64,000 nucleotides of DNA from an uncultured candidatus Porisulfidus sp. (GCA_965199685.1 OZ241323.1:2529940-2593939); one strand, 5' to 3'. Positions 27,954-38,109 are shown, numbered from the stretch's first letter. Notes: generated from the letters alone by a model not told the origin. Made by a program: numbers and translations.

Positions 27954-29390
27954 ATGTCTAGCCCTTTCCCTATTTTTGTCATCAACCTAAAACGCTCCCC
28001 TGACCGCAAAGCTAACATTAGCAAGCAGTTAGACTCGCTGAACTTAGATTATCAATTTATAGAAGCAGTGGATGGAACGCAATTCACACCGTACGAAATT
28101 GTAGAAAAGTACGGCGAACAAGTTTTTTACACGAATACATACAATCATCAACGCATGACTTTAGGTTCTCTGGGATGCTTATTAAGTCATATAAAGTTTT
28201 ACGAATTAATGATAGACAACAATATCCCGATCGCTTGTGTTTTGGAAGACGATGCCGAAGTGTCGCCACTCTTCCCGGAGGTTTTGAATTCAACGGCATT
28301 GCAAAAAGTGTCCTGGGGCACTTTATTGCTCGGCCATTATTCGAAATACAAAAAGTCTTATAACAAGGGGGCAGAAGCCGTTTATTGGAAAAAGAAAGTT
28401 TGTCCCGGGCACTACATCTCACGGGTTGCAGAGTTTCCTTTCACAACCATAGGCTATTTAGTCAAGCTTTCAACTGCAAAAAAACTACGCGATTTAGCAT
28501 ACCCGATAAGGATGCCTGCCGATTGGGTGACTGGTAATACGGAACTCGTGGGCGATGTTTTAAGGATTATTACCCCCCCTTGTGTAGTATCGAATAAAGA
28601 CTACAGACAAGAATCAACCGTTAGGGAGGACTCCGATAGCGAGATGCCTATAGAATTACAAAGAGATGTGCCTGAACTAGACAAAGATTACAGCAAAAAA
28701 TCAACTAATGGAAACGGCAACAGCACCAAAGTGCCCATAGAACTGCAAAGAGAGACACCCTCGCTCTCGTTGATGCGCAATTTAACTGTTGGTTTGGCGA
28801 ATTGTATTTTGGGCACTAGAGAGCAACGCGCGGCAGCAGCGTATGACTGCGATAAAAAGCCTTCAACCTATAGACCAATAGGATGGAAACTTACACAAAG
28901 TAGTCGAGTTAACAAGACCTTCAGCCATAATAGAAAAGCCTCAACCCACCGCCCAGCAGAGTGGCAGCTTAAACAGGATAGTCAAGCTAAAAAATCTTTA
29001 GTCTCGGATGCAGAGGACAGTAAAACTTCCAACTTGCCAGCGGTTGATGGAAATTTAGAACCAAAACTAAAAACCCATGCACTGATACAGAATACGAAAA
29101 AACATCGGACGCGTTACATAGATATGCTATCAAAAAAGATGAAATCGCGAATGAAACGGCGATGGAACAAACAGAAAACATTATGGTATAAAATGAAAGA
29201 ATCTCGCTCTACAAAAACTTCTCTAACCTTAGCCTTGAGATTAGTGTCTAATATGTTCATCATGTTTTTTTCGGGGTTATACCATCTTATACAAAACATT
29301 AACCGAACCATATATTACGGTAAAAAATTTAGTACTATCAGGATCTATATAAAGAAAATAGGTCTGTTTAGGTACACACGTGTTATATGA
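27954..29390 (+). CDS. Glycosyltransferase family 25 with ~230-aa basic, internally repetitive C-terminal extension
   Basis: GT25 motifs are present (IFVINLKRSPDRK, SLGCLLSHIKF, CVLEDDAEV). The tail contains the repeats MPIELQRDVPEL / VPIELQRETPSL and KPSTYRPIGWKLTQSS / KASTHRPAEWQLKQDS, followed by a Lys/Arg-rich end. Confidence 0.6.
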   Translation: MSSPFPIFVINLKRSPDRKANISKQLDSLNLDYQFIEAVDGTQFTPYEIVEKYGEQVFYTNTYNHQRMTLGSLGCLLSHIKFYELMIDNNIPIACVLEDDAEVSPLFPEVLNSTALQKVSWGTLLLGHYSKYKKSYNKGAEAVYWKKKVCPGHYISRVAEFPFTTIGYLVKLSTAKKLRDLAYPIRMPADWVTGNTELVGDVLRIITPPCVVSNKDYRQESTVREDSDSEMPIELQRDVPELDKDYSKKSTNGNGNSTKVPIELQRETPSLSLMRNLTVGLANCILGTREQRAAAAYDCDKKPSTYRPIGWKLTQSSRVNKTFSHNRKASTHRPAEWQLKQDSQAKKSLVSDAEDSKTSNLPAVDGNLEPKLKTHALIQNTKKHRTRYIDMLSKKMKSRMKRRWNKQKTLWYKMKESRSTKTSLTLALRLVSNMFIMFFSGLYHLIQNINRTIYYGKKFSTIRIYIKKIGLFRYTRVI

Positions 29391-30322
29391 ACGATAAATC
29401 TTCTGTTGCGGTTATATGTACACCGAACAATCAAGCAAGTATTGCGTATGATGCGATAGACTCTATTCTTGCACAAACTGTAAAACCCGAACGACTCATC
29501 GTGGTTCACGACAAATCCGAGACAGATGCTATCGCCGCCTTACAAAACTGCATTGAAAAAGTTATGCCCGACTTACAACTGGTATGCCTAGAACATGACC
29601 CAGATAGCACTTTTATCGCAGCGAGAAATGTTGGCTTGAATCAGGTGGACGATTGCCAATATATCCATTTTGTAAACTCTAATATTCAACTACCCGAAGA
29701 CTTTTATGAAAAGGCTATACAAGAATTAGCAACCCAACAAAACTGTGCGGCAGCAATGCCGGCGAAAGTGAAACTAATGAATGGTTCAGATACCACAATA
29801 CACTCGGATAATTTCATTAAAAATCCATGGTTATGGTTAATGCACAAAAAATTAGAAATAGCCGGCGCAATTCTTTTGTGTAGCCATGCCGTTGAAAAGG
29901 CAGGAAAGTTTAACCCTTTGCTTTTGATAGGAGCCGATACCGACTTCTTTGCTCGCATTTCTAATCAAGGCGCGTGGTGTTATATTCCGGATTGTGTAGC
30001 GACCCTACCTTTCTCTCAAACAAGGGCGGATATGCAGTTGCAATTTCCCGATTACTATAGGCGATGGGCTTTGATTTATGAAAATTTGTTAGATACCTAT
30101 AGGGCGCGTGAGCGAATAGCAAGAAAAGTCTATCGTCCCATTTTAGCAAAGGCATGGTTTGAAGCCGGTCAAGAATTGTTGTCTCATCAGCGGATTGAGG
30201 AGGCACGTGATTGCTTTATGCGTTCTCTAAGTTGGCGATTATTTAATCCGGCGTTTAAGTATTTAATAAAAATTTCTCGTTTAAGGAAAAAAGCACAGCC
30301 TTCCGATACGGCCGGTACATAG
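29387..30322 (+). CDS. GT2-like glycosyltransferase paralog with degenerate DxD (HDKSETD), possibly inactive
   Basis: The C-terminal half is colinear with the flanking GT2s (WRRWAL..., EARDCFMRSLSWRL). The nucleotide-binding motif has diverged. Confidence 0.45.
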   Translation: MNDKSSVAVICTPNNQASIAYDAIDSILAQTVKPERLIVVHDKSETDAIAALQNCIEKVMPDLQLVCLEHDPDSTFIAARNVGLNQVDDCQYIHFVNSNIQLPEDFYEKAIQELATQQNCAAAMPAKVKLMNGSDTTIHSDNFIKNPWLWLMHKKLEIAGAILLCSHAVEKAGKFNPLLLIGADTDFFARISNQGAWCYIPDCVATLPFSQTRADMQLQFPDYYRRWALIYENLLDTYRARERIARKVYRPILAKAWFEAGQELLSHQRIEEARDCFMRSLSWRLFNPAFKYLIKISRLRKKAQPSDTAGT

Positions 30323-31315
30323 ATGGAAAATAGTTCCGGGGTTTTAGTTATCATTCCTGTTATGAATCGCCCTGATGCGATTGTATCGACATTGGAAGCC
30401 GTTCGTAAACAAACATTGCAACCCGAACATGTTGTAGTCGTAGACGATGGCTCAACCGACAACACACCGAACGTGGTCAGAAAATGGCTGGATCACTCTA
30501 CTTTAGCTTTTAGTACGCAGTTGATTGTCCATTCCTTAAACAAAGGGGCTTCGGAAGCCAGAAATACTGGGTTGCGACAAGTCCCACGCGAGTATCCTTA
30601 TGTTTATTTTTTGGACTCGGATGATATTCCGCCGCCTAATTTCCTAGAAAAAGCGGTTGCTGCCCTAAACGATAGGCCTAATTCGGTCGCAGTGACTAGT
30701 GATCGCATCGTTAAAGACTCATCCGACCACAGTACCACTCAGTATAAGCAACGAAAAATAATTAAAAATCCGTGGTTGTGGTTTTTTACTATGGGGGCGG
30801 GTATCGCATCGTGCACCGTTTTTCGTAGCAAATTTATATACAAACTCGGAGGCTATAACGAAGCAATACCGACCGGACACGATGTTGAATTGTTTATGCG
30901 TGTTGCCGACTTGGGTAGATGGCTTCACATTACCGACTGCCCGGTGATTTTTAATAGGCTGGCATCGCGGCTCTCTGACCGCTATCGTGATAAGCACATA
31001 ATATGGTGTTTGGGCTTTGAGAATAGTGCTTTAATATCCACTGCTCAAAAACATATCCCGCGCAAGGAATATCGGCGAGTGTTGGCACATAGATGGCGGC
31101 GCGCCGGGCAAATTGCATTGGCAGAGAATTGTCGTTGCGTAGATATAGCCGAAGATTGTTTTCGCCGTTCCTTGGCGTGGTCTTTATACAATAAAGCAGT
31201 TATACATTTATTTGTGCTTTATTTACGGAAAGGATTGCGCATAGACTGGCTACGCACTATACCATATAAATCATACCGGGGTCTGCGCTTAACTTTGCGT
31301 AAATACCGTGTTTAG
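30323..31315 (+). CDS. Glycosyltransferase family 2 (paralog of 26845..27885)
   Basis: Motifs VIIPVMNRPDAI and HVVVVDDGSTDNT are present, and the C-terminus AEDCFRRSLAWSLYNKA parallels the 26845 gene. Confidence 0.7.
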   Translation: MENSSGVLVIIPVMNRPDAIVSTLEAVRKQTLQPEHVVVVDDGSTDNTPNVVRKWLDHSTLAFSTQLIVHSLNKGASEARNTGLRQVPREYPYVYFLDSDDIPPPNFLEKAVAALNDRPNSVAVTSDRIVKDSSDHSTTQYKQRKIIKNPWLWFFTMGAGIASCTVFRSKFIYKLGGYNEAIPTGHDVELFMRVADLGRWLHITDCPVIFNRLASRLSDRYRDKHIIWCLGFENSALISTAQKHIPRKEYRRVLAHRWRRAGQIALAENCRCVDIAEDCFRRSLAWSLYNKAVIHLFVLYLRKGLRIDWLRTIPYKSYRGLRLTLRKYRV

Positions 31316-33161
31316 TTCCATTACCCGGCGTATCTCAGTGCCGCAAAACAATTTAAGTGACTGGTCCAATCTCAAATGCATCACACCGTATATTTGGGAA
31401 TATCGTAGCCGTGTTGTAATTGCTTTGACCAGCTTGATTTTTGCTAAACTCGTAATTATAGGCGTGCCGCTAATCCTGAAAGAAATCGTTGATCAGCTCA
31501 ATACCCCAGACACCCAAGTCTTGGTCTTGCCACTTGCACTCCTACTTGGATACGGCGGATTGCGAGCTTTGAGCAGTTTATTTAACGAATTGCGGGATGT
31601 TATTTTTGCACGAGTTCGCTACCGTGCAATGCAAAAGCTGTCAACACAAGTGCTAAGACACCTTCACGAACTGTCGCTATCCTTCCATTTGTCTCGAGAA
31701 ACTGGTGCGATATTTAGAGATTTAGAGCGCGGCACGCAAAGTGTTTCTGTGGTGCTGAACTATATGGTGTTTCATATCTTGCCAGTTATCGTGGAATTTC
31801 TACTGGTTGCAATTTATCTATTCAGTTCATATTCACCATCCTTCGGCGGCGTAGTTTTCGCAACCGTGGGAATTTATATCGTGTTTACGGTGCTATTCAC
31901 AAACTGGCGTATGCAATTTCGCTATCAGATGAATGCGCTTGACTCTCAGGCAAATGGCCTTGCGGTTGATAGCGTGATTAACTACGAAACCGTTAAATAC
32001 TTTAATAAAGAATCGTTTGAATGTAGGCGTTACGCCGACCTACTTCAAGATTGGGAACAAGTTGCCGTAAAAAGCCAAACAACCATGTCGGTGTTGAACT
32101 TCGGACAAGGATTTATTATTGCGCTTGGTGTGAGTTTGGTGATGTTGTTTGCAGCCCATGGCGTGATAAACGGGAGCTTAAGTTTAGGAGATCTGATATT
32201 GATAAACACCATGATGCTGCAGTTGTTTATGCCATTAAACACGTTGGGTATAGTCTACCGCGCCGTGCGTTATGCACTCGTGGATATGGACTTGATACTC
32301 AAGTTACTGGCGCGCGAACCAGAAGTGAAAGACGGCACTACAGCAATAGCAATGCCCAAGCAAGCCAAAGAAATTGTTTTTGAAAATGTAAGTTTTGGGT
32401 ATCAGCCAGAACGGGTGGTGGTCAAAAATGTATCCTTTACCGTGCCTGCCGGCAATAAGGTCGCAGTCGTAGGACCCTCAGGTTCAGGAAAATCTACGCT
32501 GGTCCGTTTGCTGTTTCGTTTTTACGATATAAATAGCGGTCGTATTCTAATCGGTGGCAAAGACTTACGCACCTATAAACAACACAGCCTGAGATCTCGC
32601 ATTGGCATCGTCCCGCAGGACACCGTGTTGTTCAACCGTAGTCTACATGCCAATATACTCTATGGCTGCTCCAAAAATGTGGAGCAAGCAGATGTTGTTA
32701 AAATCTCCGAACTAGTCGGTCTGCACGACTTTATCTCGGCACTGCCCAAAGGATACGATACGGTTGTAGGTGAGCGAGGACTGAAATTATCCGGCGGTGA
32801 GCGGCAAAAGATTGCCATCGCAAGGGCGTTGTTGAAGCAACCGTCTATATTGGTTTTTGACGAAGCAACATCGAGCTTAGACTCACATTCAGAAAAAACG
32901 ATACTCCGATTACTAGATAAAATTGCATCTGGCATCACTACGTTGGTTATCGCACACCGTTTATCAACGGTGGTTGATGCCGACACTATTTTGGTTATGC
33001 GCAAAGCTCGCATAGTTGAACGAGGCACCCATGAGGAATTGCTTGATAAAGCTGGTTTGTATGCCTCTTTGTGGCAACTGCAACAAAAATCAAAAGCCGA
33101 TGCTGCGATTGATACAGCGATTCACTCCGAAATAAAAAATCGCTTTGAACATGCCGTCTAA
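31308..33161 (+). CDS. ABC exporter, fused permease/ATPase (ATM1/HMT1/MsbA-type)
   Basis: Six-TM N-terminal half. Walker A GPSGSGKST, signature LSGGERQKIAIARA and Walker B ILVFDEATSSLD follow in the ATPase half. Confidence 0.75.
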   Translation: MFSSITRRISVPQNNLSDWSNLKCITPYIWEYRSRVVIALTSLIFAKLVIIGVPLILKEIVDQLNTPDTQVLVLPLALLLGYGGLRALSSLFNELRDVIFARVRYRAMQKLSTQVLRHLHELSLSFHLSRETGAIFRDLERGTQSVSVVLNYMVFHILPVIVEFLLVAIYLFSSYSPSFGGVVFATVGIYIVFTVLFTNWRMQFRYQMNALDSQANGLAVDSVINYETVKYFNKESFECRRYADLLQDWEQVAVKSQTTMSVLNFGQGFIIALGVSLVMLFAAHGVINGSLSLGDLILINTMMLQLFMPLNTLGIVYRAVRYALVDMDLILKLLAREPEVKDGTTAIAMPKQAKEIVFENVSFGYQPERVVVKNVSFTVPAGNKVAVVGPSGSGKSTLVRLLFRFYDINSGRILIGGKDLRTYKQHSLRSRIGIVPQDTVLFNRSLHANILYGCSKNVEQADVVKISELVGLHDFISALPKGYDTVVGERGLKLSGGERQKIAIARALLKQPSILVFDEATSSLDSHSEKTILRLLDKIASGITTLVIAHRLSTVVDADTILVMRKARIVERGTHEELLDKAGLYASLWQLQQKSKADAAIDTAIHSEIKNRFEHAV

Positions 33162-33780
33162 TAAACGTCCCGAATACTGGCAGCGAGCCTGCAAAGAGTT
33201 ATCCGCTTGCGACCCGATAATGGCAAAATTGATTAGGCGATTTAAGCAAAGTTATCTAATTGGTGGGAAAGACGCTTTTATAGTGCTGTGCCGCTCTATC
33301 GTCGGCCAGCAAATCTCAGTGCAAGCGGCAGATAGCGTTTGGCAACGATTAGAAACCCATTTCGGCACCCCGAAACCAATTGCAATTCATCGCTGCCATT
33401 TCCAAACTCTGCGGCGATGCGGCTTGTCGGCACAGAAAGCACAATATCTGAAAAACATCGCACACTTTTTCATACAACAAAAAATTACCCGCCGGTATTG
33501 GCATCGTCATACATTTGAAGAACTGCAAAATAACTTGCTTGCTATCAAGGGTGTCGGCCATTGGACTTTTGAGATGTTTGCCATTTTTTATCTAAAACAT
33601 CCTGATGTGTTGCCACTGGGTGATTTAGGATTGCTCAATGCAATTTATAAGGAATATAATCACGATAAAAAATTGACACCTAAAAACTTGCATAAGCTCG
33701 CAGCGCGCTGGAAACCTTGGTGTACTGTCGCAACATGGTATCTATGGCGCAGTATAGACCCGGAGCCTGTCGTCTATTAA
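33145..33780 (+). CDS. HhH-GPD family DNA glycosylase (3-methyladenine DNA glycosylase II/AlkA-like)
   Basis: Helix-hairpin-helix motif LLAIKGVGHWTFEMFAIFYL followed by the catalytic Asp region PLGDLGL. Confidence 0.65.
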   Translation: MNMPSNKRPEYWQRACKELSACDPIMAKLIRRFKQSYLIGGKDAFIVLCRSIVGQQISVQAADSVWQRLETHFGTPKPIAIHRCHFQTLRRCGLSAQKAQYLKNIAHFFIQQKITRRYWHRHTFEELQNNLLAIKGVGHWTFEMFAIFYLKHPDVLPLGDLGLLNAIYKEYNHDKKLTPKNLHKLAARWKPWCTVATWYLWRSIDPEPVVY

Positions 33781-33794
33781 ACACCTTCACTGTT

Positions 33795-34062
33795 CAAATA
33801 TGATATTCCCCTCCTTTGGAGGGGTGGCAGGCCTATGCATTCTGTAATGCATGCGTTTAGCAATTATGTTGAGGTTCTGCACGGTGTCACGCCGATTGAC
33901 CTACTGGTTCAATCGGCGGTTCTATCTGACGAGGTGGTGTTTTGTGTACCCGCCATTTAGGACAAGCCTTAGCTTGTCCGACCTACATACCCATGTTAAA
34001 AGGCTCTGCTCTGACGTTACGCCGTTTGTGCCATTGCAACAAACGGCGGTTCTATTTTTGCA
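33795..34062. repeat. Repeat-module mosaic, locus R5
   Basis: It has the same P1-P4 modules as R1 and R3. Confidence 0.7.
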
Positions 34063-34070
34063 ACAGCCCC

Positions 34071-34385
34071 TTAGATACCGTTTTGCAATACGACGTACTT
34101 TCTCTTAATGTTTTCCTTAAAACTATCAGAAATACTCTCCCAGTCCATGATATCTACCGAAACCAAAACATCGCTCTCTAGAAAAGTTTCCTTTAAGTCA
34201 TAAACCTCGTCTGAGTTACAGTCAAAAACCACCAAGTCCAAATCGGATGTCTCCTGAGCCTCTTGCGTGACGCGAGACCCGTAGACCCAAACTTTTTTAT
34301 CCGGGATATACCGATTGATGATTTCCTTAACCATCCGGAGCTGATCTGCATCTAAATCTATAAGGCGTTCATCCACCATTTTCAT
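34071..34385 (-). CDS. Nucleotidyltransferase (MNT) domain protein, antitoxin-like
   Basis: The minimal NTase motif is VWVYGSRVTQEAQETSDLDLVVFD (GS...D.D). Confidence 0.65.
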   Translation of the reverse strand: MKMVDERLIDLDADQLRMVKEIINRYIPDKKVWVYGSRVTQEAQETSDLDLVVFDCNSDEVYDLKETFLESDVLVSVDIMDWESISDSFKENIKRKYVVLQNGI

Positions 34386-34833
34386 TTGTCATTTTTTTGT
34401 AGATTGTCGTGCAGTCCTCAATGAAGCCCCCTATTTTATCGAGTGCTTGCATTGCTTTCTCTATGCTGTAGTCATGTGCAGCATTCCCTCTAATTTTGTT
34501 ATATTCAACGAGCCGCCGATGTATTTCTTTGTTTATCAGAAGATCTTCGTGAGCGCGGCGGAAAATAGGAATCGGTGAGTTTTCTAACTCAACCAAACCG
34601 TTTTCTTTTAAGTATTTCTTTATATGCTTCCATAAGGTGTCATAACAAATCTCAAAACATTTAATAACCGAGTTCTTAACCGCTCGTTGGTTGACCGCAG
34701 ATAAGTTTTGCTCGTCCAGAGTCAAAAAACTTCCGTATTGTGCTTTCAATTCGCCAAGCGATCTATCTAATTTCTCATAGTCGGTTTTGTTCATTTGGTC
34801 TCTCCTTGCTTTAGCTTTTCCAATATGAAACAA
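34369..34833 (-). CDS. HEPN / nucleotidyltransferase substrate-binding (HI0074-family) protein, toxin-like
   Basis: The family signature KCFEICYDTLWK...RGNAAHDY (R-x4-HxY-like) is present. It overlaps its MNT partner by 17 nt. Confidence 0.6.
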   Translation of the reverse strand: MFHIGKAKARRDQMNKTDYEKLDRSLGELKAQYGSFLTLDEQNLSAVNQRAVKNSVIKCFEICYDTLWKHIKKYLKENGLVELENSPIPIFRRAHEDLLINKEIHRRLVEYNKIRGNAAHDYSIEKAMQALDKIGGFIEDCTTIYKKMTNENGG

Positions 34834-34929
34834 GTATTCAATTTCTCTCTCAAAATATCAAACATTATGCCATAGCCCTACATTCATTTTAAGGTAAAAT
34901 TATCACAAAGATTTACACGATACAACAGA

Positions 34930-35019
34930 GGAGAGGTACCGAAGCGGTCATAACGGCGCTGACTCGAAATCAGATGGTCGACATAAGTCGGCACGTGGGT
35001 TCGAATCCCACCCTCTCCG
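34930..35019 (+). tRNA. tRNA-Ser (anticodon CGA)
   Basis: The cloverleaf was hand-folded. The acceptor stem is GGAGAGG/CCTCTCC with discriminator G. The D-arm is CCG-AAGCGGTCATAA-CGG. The anticodon stem CTGA/TCAG encloses the loop CTCGAAA, giving anticodon CGA. The variable arm is long (GGTCGACATAAGTCGGC). The T-arm is GTGGG-TTCGAAT-CCCAC. No CCA is encoded. Confidence 0.8.
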
Positions 35020-35120
35020 TTCTAGCAAGTACAGTGTTGATACATTCCCTGCCACAGGAGGGAAATCACTCTCTCTATTTGTTTCTATCAGGTATAATTC
35101 TGTTATTAAAAAGATTTACG

Positions 35121-35810
35121 ATGACTAACAAACTTTATTTTCTTATCGCTGTGGCACTTAATTTGGGTGTTTTGTTATTCTATGCACCCCTTGCACAAGC
35201 CGAATGTAGCCGCAACGATGTAGAATATTTTCTCAAAAAGGGATTTAGCCGAGAGCAGGTGGTTGCTATTTGTGAGGCGGCTAAACCTAGACAATTCGGT
35301 GAGCCTACTGAACAAGATCAAGGAGACTACGAAGCGTACAACAAAGAATTAGAAGCGCGGATGCGTATAGAACGGCGGCTACAAAAAGAGGAAGACGATA
35401 TTTTGCTACTGAAAACCGCGATTGCCGGAGAAGATATCAAAATCACTCGCGATTGGTTGGATTTCAAGAGGCCCTTTTGCATTGCTGGCGGCAATAACCC
35501 CGAAGTAGAAGCAAGAATTAAAGTATGTCCTCTAGTTCTTTATAGGATTTATTTTGAAGGTTTGCGCGTCAAAGAATACGAGCGTAAATATCTAGTGTTT
35601 GGTGCCCGTGAAATTGAAGTCGAAGGCACCATCAAGCGCAAACTCCTAAATGACCTCAAAGAATACCCCGCCGGTCTCAGAGCAGAATTGTTGGATGCAT
35701 ACGAAGCGAATGTTAGAAAGGGCGGTACCTTTATTCCGATCCGCAAGGATTACCCGATCAATCAGGTGCAAGAGATATTACGCTCATACGCCCGAAGTGC
35801 CGAGGGATAA
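35121..35810 (+). CDS. Hypothetical secreted protein
   Basis: The internal Met gives a signal peptide (MTNKLYFLIAVALNLGVLLFYAPLAQA). The track ORF start at 34974 runs through the tRNA and is spurious. Coordinates are approximate to within 1-2 nt. Confidence 0.4.
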   Translation: MTNKLYFLIAVALNLGVLLFYAPLAQAECSRNDVEYFLKKGFSREQVVAICEAAKPRQFGEPTEQDQGDYEAYNKELEARMRIERRLQKEEDDILLLKTAIAGEDIKITRDWLDFKRPFCIAGGNNPEVEARIKVCPLVLYRIYFEGLRVKEYERKYLVFGAREIEVEGTIKRKLLNDLKEYPAGLRAELLDAYEANVRKGGTFIPIRKDYPINQVQEILRSYARSAEG

Positions 35811-35818
35811 GCTGTTAT

Positions 35819-37348
35819 TCAATCACGCACGATAACCGAAGAGGCATCCATTTCAGGAGGGATACGAATACCCATCATATCTAAAACTGTTGGTGCGATG
35901 CTACTGATGCTATAGCCTTGCGCCAGTTGTGGCATCTCGTCCATGCCGGCAATCAAACACGGTACTGGATTGGTGGTGTGCATTGTGTTCGGCTGACCAG
36001 TCTTCGGGTCCAACATCTCATCGCAGTTTCCATGATCCGCAGTAATCAATATCTGCCAACCATGCTTTAGTGCCGCATCTACGACTGCACCAAGTTGTCG
36101 GTCTACGGTTTCAACCGCCTTTATAATCGGCTCTGGCACTGCGGTATGCCCCACCATATCCATATTGGCAAAGTTGACAACGACAAATGTGTATTCGGAT
36201 GAGCTCAGTGCCGAGATAACTTCGTTTGCGACTCCTTTAGCACTCATTTCCGGCATCAGATCATAGGTTCTGACTTTAGGCGATGGTATCAAACGATGTG
36301 TTTCCCCGGGTAGTGGGTCCTCTATACCTCCATTAAAGAAAAAGGTAACATGAGGATACTTCTCAGTTTCGGCACAGTGAAATTGTTTCAAATTCATATC
36401 GCTGAGTACCTTAGCCAAGGTCATCTTAGGTCGTATAGGAGAAAATGCAACGGCGCACGGGAGTTTACGGTCAATCTCCGTCATCGTCGTAACAGCTACC
36501 GGCTTGTACTCACCGCGATCAAAATCATCAAAGCGGTTGCAAACCAGAGATCTAACTAACTGCCGCGGACGATCATTTCTAAAATTAAACAGTATCAGCT
36601 GATCGTTTTCATCAAGCGGTATATGCCGATTTAAGCAAGTCGGTTTTACAAACTCGTCGCTCAGTTCGTCAGAATATGCTTTGGCAATAGCCTCGTCTAC
36701 ATCTTTTGCATGTTCTCCTTGTGCTTTGGCAATCGCCTGCCACGCCATAGCAGTTCTATTCCACCGATTATCCCTATCCATTGCATAATAACGACCCATC
36801 ACGGTTGCGACAGTGCCGCCCGCTTGTTCAAGCAGTACTTTTAGTTCAAGCATAAACTTGCGAGCGCACTGAGGTGCAGTGTCACGCCCGTCCAAAACTG
36901 CATGTACAATCGGCACGCAACCTTCCTTTTGAGCAAGCTCTATAAGTGCCAACAAATGGCGTAGATGCGAATGCACGCCACCGTCCGAAACCAATCCCAG
37001 CAAATGTATGGGGCGGTTATTCGCTCGGGCGTGGTGCATTGCATCCACAAAAACCTCATTGTAAAAAAAGCTCTGGTCTTTAATTGCGTTATCTATGCGC
37101 ACTAAGTCTTGAGGTATCACACAACCGCAGCCCATCGTCGTATGTCCTACTTCGGAGTTGCCTATCTGACCGTGAGGAAGCCCAACTGCCGGACCGGACG
37201 CTTCCAACAAAGTATGCGGATACTCGGCAAATAACTGATCCAAGTTTGGGGTCTCGGCAACCCATACGGCATTGTTATCAGTGTTGCCGCTAATGCCGTA
37301 GCCATCCACAATCACCAGCAAGGTTTTTCTTATTTTGGATTCCATCAT
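35819..37348 (-). CDS. gpmI: 2,3-bisphosphoglycerate-independent phosphoglycerate mutase
   Basis: The iPGM N-terminus LLVIVDGYGISGN, the motif GLVSDGGVHSH and the C-terminal ITADHGNCDEM are all present. The likely start is MMESKIRK. Confidence 0.85.
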   Translation of the reverse strand: MMESKIRKTLLVIVDGYGISGNTDNNAVWVAETPNLDQLFAEYPHTLLEASGPAVGLPHGQIGNSEVGHTTMGCGCVIPQDLVRIDNAIKDQSFFYNEVFVDAMHHARANNRPIHLLGLVSDGGVHSHLRHLLALIELAQKEGCVPIVHAVLDGRDTAPQCARKFMLELKVLLEQAGGTVATVMGRYYAMDRDNRWNRTAMAWQAIAKAQGEHAKDVDEAIAKAYSDELSDEFVKPTCLNRHIPLDENDQLILFNFRNDRPRQLVRSLVCNRFDDFDRGEYKPVAVTTMTEIDRKLPCAVAFSPIRPKMTLAKVLSDMNLKQFHCAETEKYPHVTFFFNGGIEDPLPGETHRLIPSPKVRTYDLMPEMSAKGVANEVISALSSSEYTFVVVNFANMDMVGHTAVPEPIIKAVETVDRQLGAVVDAALKHGWQILITADHGNCDEMLDPKTGQPNTMHTTNPVPCLIAGMDEMPQLAQGYSISSIAPTVLDMMGIRIPPEMDASSVIVRD

Positions 37349-37359
37349 CCTCTTATGGG

Positions 37360-38109
37360 TCACTCTTTCACCGGCACGGCATCGTGCACATTTTCTTTTT
37401 CTTTCAAGGCGAACTTGCACACCAAGACACCAATCTCAAACAACAACCACACTGGTATTGCCAACAATACCTGAGAGATCACATCGGGGGGTGTGAGCAC
37501 CATGCCGGCCACGAAAGCAGCAACGATAACATAAGGGCGTTTGCGAATCAGATTCTCAGTTGTGGTAACCCCAGTCTTAACCAACATCAGGGTGACAATA
37601 GGCACCTCAAAAGCAATCCCGAATGCGATGAAAATCTTTATCACAAAATCCAAATAGCGGTTAATATCGGTCATTACCGATATGCCTTCAGGGGCAACGC
37701 TACTAAAAAATCCGAACATTAAAGGAAACACGACATAATAGGCAAAAACCATGCCTACATAAAAAAGCAAGGTGCTTGATAGTAATATCGGCAGTGCCAA
37801 ACGTTTTTCTTGACGGTATAACCCCGGCGAAACAAAAGCCCAAAATTGATAAACCAGTACTGGTATGGATAGGGTGACGGCAAGTAACAGAACCAACTTG
37901 AAGGGGGCTAAGAAGGGCGATGCCACATCGATTGCAATCATCGTCCCGCCTTGTGGCAACTGCGCTACCAGCGGTGCAGACAGAAAATTATAGAGTGGGT
38001 TTGCAAAAGGGAATAGCACGATAAAAATAATGCCTATGCATGCAATCATCTTTAATAGCCTGCTCCTTAATTCCACCAGATGCGATAACAGAGGACGCTC
38101 TTTATCCAT
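37360..38109 (-). CDS. tatC: Twin-arginine translocase subunit TatC
   Basis: N-terminus LLSHLVELRSRLLK, six TM segments and 249 aa in length. Confidence 0.85.
   Translation of the reverse strand: MDKERPLLSHLVELRSRLLKMIACIGIIFIVLFPFANPLYNFLSAPLVAQLPQGGTMIAIDVASPFLAPFKLVLLLAVTLSIPVLVYQFWAFVSPGLYRQEKRLALPILLSSTLLFYVGMVFAYYVVFPLMFGFFSSVAPEGISVMTDINRYLDFVIKIFIAFGIAFEVPIVTLMLVKTGVTTTENLIRKRPYVIVAAFVAGMVLTPPDVISQVLLAIPVWLLFEIGVLVCKFALKEKENVHDAVPVKE

Noticed and set aside
34974-35120. N-terminal 49 aa of track ORF 34974..35810
   Set aside because: This stretch reads straight through the tRNA-Ser gene. The internal Met that is followed by a canonical signal peptide is the plausible start.
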